DNA of 20,646 nucleotides from Candidatus Dadabacteria bacterium (lineage in GTDB: Bacteria > Desulfobacterota_D > UBA1144 > Nemesobacterales > CSP1-2). Below the pieces are notes generated by a model. It made no database searches, was not told the DNA's origin, and worked only from the letters and a program-made list of their open reading frames with translations. Position numbers and translations under genes: made by a program. Shown piece after piece: positions 1-6,619 of the stretch (position 1 is its first letter; the number at the start of each line of letters is the position of its first letter). The stretch is from NCBI GenBank assembly GCA_040289575.1, contig PSLL01000005.1, forward strand, positions 1 to 20,646. Direction: 5' to 3'.

Positions 1-12
1 AAGCCTTTGCAT
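1..12 (-). CDS. 5' end of an unidentified gene (M-Q-R-L...), continuing beyond the left edge
   Basis: Minus strand reads AAGGAGG-aaagcg-ATG CAA AGG CTT: a perfect SD (25..19) 6 nt before the ATG at 12. Only 4 codons are visible. Confidence 0.6.
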
Positions 13-26
13 CGCTTTCCTCCTTT

Positions 27-113
27 GTTAGAGAAGGTTGTGGCACTATTGAGGTGTCCTACAAATTCTCTAACCCGCAAAACGGTCCTATCAATCTCTT
101 AATGTGTAAGACC
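27..113 (-). promoter_or_regulatory. Two-hairpin structured 5' leader
   Basis: Perfect 9-bp stem GTTAGAGAA (27-35)/TTCTCTAAC (66-74) with inner TTGT/ACAA, GG/CC and CAC/GTG pairing. Second stem 84-90/107-113 (GGTCTTA/TAGGACC on the minus strand, one G-U pair). Confidence 0.45.
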
Positions 114-124
114 TCTATGTTCTT

Positions 125-153
125 ATTATCTTACAGTCGGTATCTTTCGTCAA
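125..153 (-). promoter_or_regulatory. Putative sigma70 promoter for the leftward gene
   Basis: TTGACG (153-148), 17-nt spacer, GATAAT (130-125). Confidence 0.5.
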
Positions 154-216
154 GAAAAATTTCTATTTCCGCTCTCTCTAATATGGGGATTTTAATGGCT
201 TTAGCTTAATTCCAAT

Positions 217-246
217 TTGACCCCCCACATCTGGAATTGGTATAAT
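217..246 (+). promoter_or_regulatory. Putative sigma70 promoter with extended -10
   Basis: TTGACC (217-222), 18-nt spacer, TG-n-TATAAT (238-246), about 40 nt upstream of the CDS at 285. Confidence 0.65.
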
Positions 247-284
247 GCAATGCCCAAAAATATGATGAAAAAAGAGATAAGGCT

Positions 285-2309
285 ATGACCAAGGTCGGAA
301 CTCAAAATAACAGAATGAGGGTGAATAAACGTATCTTGAGATACACGGTGGGAGGGTTTTTTGGTATTTGTTTATTATTTCTCCTAACCGTCATTATTCG
401 GATAATGACAGGTTACGCACAATCGCCTCCTATTGTGCCCCTTGTTATTACTCCTCTTGAATTTGGTATAACCCCTCCGATTAGCGAAATCGAGCTGTCT
501 AAGGGTGCGTTTCAAATTGGGGCAATAAAACTAATTAAAATTCCACTCTTGCGATCTAAGAGGCTCATTACATTCAACAGAGGGATTAAGGTTGTTGATC
601 CATTAGTTCAAGGCTTCCTCCCTGCGCCCCAAACAAACCCAGTATTAACCTTTGAGGGGATTAGCAATAATGATAACCTGCGTGATTTAGGCTTTGAGGT
701 TTTTCCTCCCGATACAAATGGTGCGGTTGGCCCCAACCATTATGTCCAGATGGCGAATCTCCTTTTTCAGATTTTTGATAAATCGGGCAATCCCTTAACA
801 AATCCTTTAAGCATCAGCAGTTTATTTAATGCTTCAGGCATAACAGGGCCATGTGCAAAGGGAGACCAGCAGGGCGATCCGATTGTTCTATACGATTCTC
901 TTGCTGATCGCTGGCTTCTTAGTCAGTCCGCTTTTGATATTGATTCAAATGGGAATCCTATTCCTCCCTCAACTGAGTGTATAGCCATTTCTAAGACACC
1001 TGACCCAACGGGTGATTACTTTGTATACGCATTTCAGATACCCAATGATTTGTTTGGAGACTTTCCTAAATTGGCTGTCTGGCTTGATGCATACTACATG
1101 ACCACTAACGATTTTGGCGGTTCTAATCTTGATTTTATCGGTGTCGGTGTCTTTGCATTCGACCGGTCCAAGATGTTAGTCGGTGACCCAAGTGCTAGTA
1201 TGATATTCATTGATTTGTCACAAAATCAATCAACAAGCAATCTCTTTCAGATGCTTCCCTCAAATGTGGAGGGTCAGGCGCCCCCGACCAACACTCCAAA
1301 TCTCATTGCTGGCCTTGTGGCTCCCGAAATAACCGGGGATTCCGCCGATGGGATAAGGCTCTTTGATTTTCATCCGGACTTTAATACCCCAGGTAACACC
1401 ACATTTATCGAGCGGCCTGAAAGTCCAATCACAACAGCCCCGTTCAATGCCAATCTGTGCAATTTCTCGCCCAACTGTATTGTCCAACCCAATACCAGAC
1501 AGAGGGTTGATGCATCCCCTAGTTCTCAGGGTCTCAACCATAGCCTGCAGTATCGGAATTTTGGTACATATGAGTCTCTTGTGACTACACACACAGTGGA
1601 TGTAGGTAACAATCGAGCCGGGATTCGGTACTATGAAATACGACGTAATCTTCCAGGCGGTTCATTTTTCATCAATGAGCAGGGTACATTTGCCCCCAAT
1701 GACGGAAACAGCCGTTGGATGGGGAGTGCTGCAATGGATAAAAATGGAGATATTGCAGTGGGTTATAGTGTTTCCAGTAGCTCTACGTTCCCATCTATTC
1801 GGTATGCTGGTCGATTGTCTAATGACCCGCCCGGTCAACTGGCCCAGGGCGAGGCAGTACTACAGGCCGGTGGTGGGTCTCAGTCGGGTACTAATCGCTG
1901 GGGTGACTATAGTAGGTTGACAGTTGACCCAAGCGATGGGTGTACCTTCTGGTATACAAATGAATACTACACTTCCCAGAATAATGGTTCAATCGTTTGG
2001 CAGACTCGTATTGGCAAATTTAGTTTCCCGACATGCACCTCGAGTTGTGTCGGGATCGGCTCATTCAGTATTAAGGGAAGTGTAAAGCCCCGGATTTCTG
2101 GCGTTACGCTTGAAATCAGTGGCCCAGGTGGTTGTACCAACACAACGATTACCAATGTCCTTGGAGCATATAAATTCCAGAATCTGGCTATTGGAAGCTA
2201 CAATGTGACACCAGTTAAAGCGGGGTGCAGTTTTATACCGTCGAGCAAGACGGTAAAGATTTCGGATAAGAACAAAACAGTTAACTTTAATGCAACATGT
2301 TCACAATAG
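285..2309 (+). CDS. Large secreted beta-rich protein of unknown function (PPDTNGAVGPNHYVQ...RWGDYS type) with a C-terminal carboxypeptidase-regulatory-like/SdrD-B-like beta-sandwich
   Basis: 674-aa ORF. Basic n-region and hydrophobic h-region with a likely GYA|QS cleavage site (true start may be Met11). Motifs PPDTNGAVGPNHYVQM, GDPIVLYDSLADRWLLSQ, DFPKLAVWLDAYY, RWMGSAAMDKNGDIAVGYSVS, RWGDYS. Several Cys. C-terminal ISGVTLEISGPG...GAYKFQNLAIGSYNVTPVKAG module. Confidence 0.8.
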   Translation: MTKVGTQNNRMRVNKRILRYTVGGFFGICLLFLLTVIIRIMTGYAQSPPIVPLVITPLEFGITPPISEIELSKGAFQIGAIKLIKIPLLRSKRLITFNRGIKVVDPLVQGFLPAPQTNPVLTFEGISNNDNLRDLGFEVFPPDTNGAVGPNHYVQMANLLFQIFDKSGNPLTNPLSISSLFNASGITGPCAKGDQQGDPIVLYDSLADRWLLSQSAFDIDSNGNPIPPSTECIAISKTPDPTGDYFVYAFQIPNDLFGDFPKLAVWLDAYYMTTNDFGGSNLDFIGVGVFAFDRSKMLVGDPSASMIFIDLSQNQSTSNLFQMLPSNVEGQAPPTNTPNLIAGLVAPEITGDSADGIRLFDFHPDFNTPGNTTFIERPESPITTAPFNANLCNFSPNCIVQPNTRQRVDASPSSQGLNHSLQYRNFGTYESLVTTHTVDVGNNRAGIRYYEIRRNLPGGSFFINEQGTFAPNDGNSRWMGSAAMDKNGDIAVGYSVSSSSTFPSIRYAGRLSNDPPGQLAQGEAVLQAGGGSQSGTNRWGDYSRLTVDPSDGCTFWYTNEYYTSQNNGSIVWQTRIGKFSFPTCTSSCVGIGSFSIKGSVKPRISGVTLEISGPGGCTNTTITNVLGAYKFQNLAIGSYNVTPVKAGCSFIPSSKTVKISDKNKTVNFNATCSQ

Positions 2310-2326
2310 GCTGATATAATAGACGC

Positions 2327-3085
2327 CTAGCGTTGGCTCTGATCTACAGGTACCGGCTGCACTCGTTCTCCATCACGTGCCGCCTGTCCCACATTTAGGG
2401 CTACCATATCACCATCATTTATTCCATTTATAACCTCGACTGTTTGGCCGTTATCATATCCAAGTGCGACCTCGGCGAGGTGCAGATAGCCATCATGAAC
2501 AACAGGCACATAGATTCTGCCGTGCTTGAATACTAGTACACTATCGGGAATCTCTATACCGCGCTCTTGTATGTTAGTGTTAAATCTGACCTTTACATAC
2601 ATCCCTGGATAAATCTTATGGTCTTTATTCGGTAAATCGATCTCGACAAGCATTGTACATGTGGCGTCGTTTAATGACTTTGGATGCCGGGTAACACTGC
2701 CTTTGAACTCAAGCCCGGGAAATTCGGTTGCGGGATTGTTGCCTTATCCCCGTTCTTGATAAACGGAGCCAAACTCTGAGGCACGTAGGAATAAACCCTA
2801 ATAGGACTCAGGGTTGATATAGTAAGTATAGGTGTATTGGCAGTTGAACCGGTAGTTTGTGGAATAAGTGCCCCGGGGTCTACATAACGTGCTGTGATCG
2901 CACCGTCAAATGGGCCCTAATTATCTCGTAATCCTGTATTGCTTTAAGTTGTTGATAGTTGTCATAGGTCTGAATCATCGTAGAATGTGACTCATCAGTG
3001 ACCTGTCTTGCAATAATTCCTTATTCTAAACAAATCTTGGTTGCGATCATCGGTGATCTTTTGTAGTTCATAATTGGCTCTGGCC
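2327..3085 (-). pseudogene. RND efflux periplasmic adaptor (MFP) pseudogene: N-terminus deleted, three frameshifts
   Basis: Across frames it reads ARANYELQKITDDRNQDLF / GIIARQVTDES...QDYEIIRA / (P)FDGAITARYVDPGALIPQ...PIRVYSYVPQSLAPFIKNGDKATI / TEFPGLEFKGSVTR...TMLVEIDLPNKDHKIYPGMYVKV...GERVQPV. Frameshifts lie near 3024, 2912 and 2733. Track ORF 2327..2653 is only the last piece. Confidence 0.85.
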
Positions 3086-3576
3086 CCGTATCGCGATATT
3101 TGTATCCGGTGGAAGCTTGCCAAGTTCTTTGATTGCACGACTGACTGCGGATGTAGTGCTGCCAAGGTCCCGCCCTGATATACCGGCATCAACATCAATG
3201 ACTCTTTGCACGGTATAGTGGTCTACTACCGCCGGGTTAACACCATGTGTAAATGTAGTCCAAGCTCTAGCGCCCGTGCGTGGTCCACATCGACTTTGAA
3301 TGCAGGATAATCGAGTGATTGGGCAATCCTTATGTCCCTTATCCCTGGAATCTTTCTCATCTTTTCCATGAGTCGTTTTGCAATCTCATAGTCGGATTCT
3401 AGGTTATTGCCGGAGATCTGGACATCAATTGGGGCTGGAAGCCCAAAATTTAGCACCTGGCTTATAATATCAGCGGCTTGAAAGTATGATGTAACACCAG
3501 GAAATCTATTATTCAGCATCTCCCTGATTTTATCTTGATACATGGGTGTCGGGTGGTGTTTACTAGATAGTTGAAT
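3078..3576 (-). pseudogene. Two internal fragments of an AcrB/CusA-family RND permease periplasmic domain
   Basis: About 3576-3258: IQLSSKHHPT...FPGVTSYFQAADIISQVLNFGLPAPIDVQISG...DYPAFKVDVDHARALELGL. About 3256-3078, in another frame: TFTHGVNPAVVDHYTVQRVIDVDAGISGRDLGSTT...LPPDTNIAIRGQS. No TM segments remain. Confidence 0.8.
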
Positions 3577-3845
3577 GAGGAGGTCGGCAACGCGGTCAGT
3601 GATCAGGCGGTTAACCCCCTCTGGCATCGTGCGATCGAAAGAGCGCAATCCGGCCTCGACATGACCTATGGAGATTAAGGGTTTGGCACACACCAACGCA
3701 GCCGCCATAGTGGAGTTGACATCTCCATAGACCATCACAAGGTCTGGTTTGTGTTCCATGACAACCGGCTCGAATTGGCTCATAACCTCAGCCGTCTGCT
3801 GAACGTGCTGGCTGAGCCGACTGTTAGGTTGACATCCAGTCACGG
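3577..3845 (-). pseudogene. wecB: Internal fragment of non-hydrolysing UDP-N-acetylglucosamine 2-epimerase
   Basis: LDVNLTVGSAS / HVQQTAEVMSQFEPVVMEHKPDLVMVYGDVNSTMAAALVCAK...GHVEAGLRSFDRTMPEGVNRLITDRVADLL, including the HVEAGLRS signature. One frameshift near 3809. Both termini are missing. Confidence 0.85.
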
Positions 3846-3846
3846 A

Positions 3847-4821
3847 CTAAAATGTTGCGGATTTCTTTATCTTTTTTACCCTTTCAATTCTCATCTTCCT
3901 TCTCTCCTCCGCATCTTGCCAATGCTTGATTTCGGTGGGAGTCTTTGGGGTAAAGCTCGGCACAGGCTTGGGCTTTCCGTCCTCTCCGATGTGTATGAAA
4001 TTAAGATATGTGGTTCCGGTATGCCTTTGTTTGCCAGTCCTTAAATCTTCAGATATTAATTTTATTCCTACTTCCAAGGATGTATTGCCCACATAGTTTA
4101 ATCCGGCTTTGAGTGTTATAACCTCACCGACCCTTATGGGAGAATAAAGATACAGATTGTCAATTGAACCTGTGACAATTACACCCCTTACAAATCTTGC
4201 GGCAAGTATGGCGGCAGTTTCATCTATATTCATCATAAGCTTTCCAACAGACATAAGGTTCTCCCAGAGGGCATCCTCAGGAAGCACCACCCTCAGTGTC
4301 TCAAGCTTCCAACTCAGTTCTGCGCTCTCATCCTCTATATCATTTGCCTTTTCCTCTTTCTGTGTTAGTTGAAGGAGCCTTTCTTCTCTTCTCTTTTGTG
4401 CCCTTAGATAAATTGACTCTTCTGACTCATCGGCCGGTGTAATTTTTTCTTTGATGGCTCTTGGTTTTCCATCCTTATCTACCGCCACATATGCCAGATA
4501 TGAGGAGGTTGTAAATTTTTTCTCTCCCGTCTCTGGGTTTTCCGAATGCACCCTTACACCTATCTCAAGCGAGCTCCTTCCTATATATTCGACCCAGCTA
4601 TCGAGCACCACTATCTCCCCAATCTTGACCGGGTTTATAAAATCTATGCTGTCGGCTGTTCCTAAGACTGTCGATCCCTTTGCTACCCTGGATGCGGCAA
4701 GACCGCCGATTATCATAATCCAGTTCATGAGCCTTCCGCCGTGAAAGGTTCCCAATGAATTCGCATATTCGGGGAAGACATGGTGGATCATCTGAATTGT
4801 GGTTTCTTTAATGGTCGGCAT
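3847..4821 (-). CDS. Acyl-CoA thioesterase with tandem HotDog (YciA/ACOT7-like) domains
   Basis: Two similar repeats: VFPEYANSLGTFHGG...FINPVKIGEIV...YIGRSSLEIGVRV...YVAVDKDGKP and VLPEDALWENLMSVG...YSPIRVGEVI...YVGNTSLEVGIKL...FIHIGEDGKP. Confidence 0.92.
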   Translation of the reverse strand: MPTIKETTIQMIHHVFPEYANSLGTFHGGRLMNWIMIIGGLAASRVAKGSTVLGTADSIDFINPVKIGEIVVLDSWVEYIGRSSLEIGVRVHSENPETGEKKFTTSSYLAYVAVDKDGKPRAIKEKITPADESEESIYLRAQKRREERLLQLTQKEEKANDIEDESAELSWKLETLRVVLPEDALWENLMSVGKLMMNIDETAAILAARFVRGVIVTGSIDNLYLYSPIRVGEVITLKAGLNYVGNTSLEVGIKLISEDLRTGKQRHTGTTYLNFIHIGEDGKPKPVPSFTPKTPTEIKHWQDAEERRKMRIERVKKIKKSATF

Positions 4822-4902
4822 GGTTCTATATCTTACCTAAGAAGGTATAGTTCTGCTAAATGTGAAATGGTCGAGTATATAGAGATTAGGAAAGATACAG
4901 GG

Positions 4903-5436
4903 CTAAATTAGGTCTATTTGTTGAGACTCGTAGAGGCCGGCGTTCTCAATATAGATTCCGGCGGCGCTCTGCCACTCAACAAATTTATCGAATATGGACT
5001 TCAGTCTTGTCTTTACCAGAGATGAGTGGAATTTCCAGTTAAATCCCCCTCCGATTGGAAAGAAGAGTTTGAGAAAGGCAGCCTGTTTTATACGCTGCTC
5101 TTCAGTCCCATTTGATATAAAACAGCCGGTTCTAATTAGGCTATATCCACTGCCGAAGTTTTGCCCCGATTCTCCCATGAGCCCCAGTCTTTCTGCTGCC
5201 ATTGATACAAGGATGGTAAATACATAGGCAGCTTCCGGTGTAAGATACCTATGTGTTGAGAATTTATTGTCCATATATATAAGATTCCTAACCAGAAGCA
5301 AGTCCTCGGAACGGGTAGACCCGATGTTTATGTGGCTTTTAGAATCAAATTCCCCTATGTTGCCACACATCTCAAGGGAGACCCTGATATTTTCCCACTC
5401 TCTTTCTCCTACTTCTATTGCCCTTTGTATTTCCAT
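4903..5436 (-). CDS. Hypothetical protein (177 aa, no family recognised)
   Basis: ORF fills the intergenic space. SD AAGGAG (5450-5445) lies 8 nt before the ATG, and a sigma54 promoter is directly upstream. Confidence 0.8.
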   Translation of the reverse strand: MEIQRAIEVGEREWENIRVSLEMCGNIGEFDSKSHINIGSTRSEDLLLVRNLIYMDNKFSTHRYLTPEAAYVFTILVSMAAERLGLMGESGQNFGSGYSLIRTGCFISNGTEEQRIKQAAFLKLFFPIGGGFNWKFHSSLVKTRLKSIFDKFVEWQSAAGIYIENAGLYESQQIDLI

Positions 5437-5468
5437 CCCTTTCTCTCCTTGTTGTTTTTATATGAATT

Positions 5469-5485
5469 GGCAAGGGCCGTGCCAG
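5469..5485 (-). promoter_or_regulatory. Sigma54 (-24/-12) promoter
   Basis: Minus strand cTGGCACG-gccc-TTGCc against consensus TGGCACG-N4-TTGCW. GG at 5483-5482 and GC at 5471-5470 give canonical spacing. Predicted TSS about 5458, just upstream of the SD. Confidence 0.8.
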
Positions 5486-5647
5486 CGGGGAGAAAACGGG
5501 AACGCTGAATGGGATTCCCCTAATTTTTCTGAATTATAGATGTCTTGTATATACTTTCAGACTGAGTTTAAATGCAACTGAACATTGGACAGTGATTAAT
5601 TTGCCCATCGATTAAGCACACTGGGCTGATTTATATTGCACTGACTT

Positions 5648-6424
5648 TCAAAGGATTGAGTCCAGAAACTCAATCAAGATACGATTAAACTCGTCTGGTC
5701 TTTCCTGCATCATAAAGTGCCCCGCGTTCTTAATCACAAGGAGTCTTGAATCCCGAATCTTGAGATTCAGATACTCGCCGTATTTTACAGGGGTTAAGAT
5801 GTCTTCGTCTGCCGAGATGATAAGGGTCGGGGATTTTATCCCTTCAACCTCATTCATAATATCAAATTCGTCGCATGCCAATAAGTCCCATTGTGAGGTT
5901 GTCTGTGGGGTTTTAAGAAGACCCTCTATGAATCTCCTCTTTAGCTCTTCAGGCGAGGATGGGCTAAAAGAGCGGGTAGGTGCCATCATGCAGAAGGTTT
6001 CGTAATCACTTTTTACGGTCTCGAGGGTTTCCTTAGCGACACGGAGCCTTGCCCCTGTACCGACAAGGATGCACGCATAAACCATTTTGGGATAATCGAG
6101 TGTAAAGACCTGCGCTATCCCACCGCCCATTGAGTGCCCTACGGGTATGAGTCTCTCTAGACCGAGTGTATCAACAAAGTCTTTTATGAATTCGGTGTAT
6201 TCTCTGATGGTTTTGCACCCCCTTCCCTCCGACCTTCCGTGGCCCGGAAGGTCGGGAATAATGAGATTAACCCCGAGATGGTCTTTGAGAACATCAATCT
6301 GGTACTCCCATGTGAGGCTGCTCTGCCCCGCCCCGTGAATCATTAGGAGGGTGGGACGCGATTTCTCCAGATTCTCGCCGGCGATGTAGTTTATTTTAAT
6401 CCCACGAACTGAGACTTTAGGCAT
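5648..6424 (-). CDS. Alpha/beta fold hydrolase (MhpC/PcaD-like esterase family)
   Basis: LMIHGAG oxyanion loop, PDLPGHGRS, nucleophile GHSMGG, acid DEDILTP, base AGHF. GGAGG upstream. No signal peptide. Confidence 0.93.
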   Translation of the reverse strand: MPKVSVRGIKINYIAGENLEKSRPTLLMIHGAGQSSLTWEYQIDVLKDHLGVNLIIPDLPGHGRSEGRGCKTIREYTEFIKDFVDTLGLERLIPVGHSMGGGIAQVFTLDYPKMVYACILVGTGARLRVAKETLETVKSDYETFCMMAPTRSFSPSSPEELKRRFIEGLLKTPQTTSQWDLLACDEFDIMNEVEGIKSPTLIISADEDILTPVKYGEYLNLKIRDSRLLVIKNAGHFMMQERPDEFNRILIEFLDSIL

Positions 6425-6480
6425 TGTCGGTCACTTCCTCCAATTTATCTTAAGATCATACGTTACGCATATTAATGTTT

Positions 6481-6569
6481 TGTCATGCCCGATTGATACA
6501 TTCGGGCATCCATGAATGAGAATAGATTCCTGCTTGATCCCCGATCAAGTCGGGGATGCGGGAATGACA
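6481..6569. repeat. REP/RPE-like palindromic doublet (GTCAT...ATGAC type) with a nested hairpin
   Basis: Left arm TGTC-ATGCCCGA-n9-TCGGGCAT-CCA. Right arm TAG-ATTCCTGC-ttg-[ATCCCCGA-tcaag-TCGGGGAT]-GCGGGAAT-GACA. The ends TGTCAT/ATGACA are inverted. Confidence 0.75.
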
Positions 6570-6619
6570 TCCTTTGAGTGCATGAGTACGTCACATGAGC
6601 TAAAATCTTCAACCGAATT

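Noticed and set aside
41..56. TGGCAC as a sigma54 -24 box on the plus strand
   Set aside because: No TTGC at the -12 position (AGGT instead), and it lies inside the leader hairpin.
1260..2155. Short ORFs within the secreted-protein gene
   Set aside because: Antisense or off-frame shadows with no recognisable motifs.
2733..3024. MFP frameshifts as sequencing errors or programmed frameshifting
   Set aside because: The long genes elsewhere in the window are intact, and this gene also lacks its N-terminus, so decay is the simpler reading. Read data are needed to exclude error fully.
2995..3198. 67-aa ORF
   Set aside because: It is an off-frame reading of the permease fragment joined to a short in-frame MFP piece.
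3226..3843. 205-aa ORF as a genuine novel WecB-RND fusion protein
   Set aside because: Both halves are internal fragments of larger folds, the N-terminus arises from a frameshift, no SD is evident and the neighbouring DNA is decayed.
6440..6600. CRISPR array, tRNA or attC reading of the palindromic intergenic region
   Set aside because: No direct repeats with spacers, no cloverleaf motifs, and no integrase or cas genes nearby. A REP-like doublet explains it.
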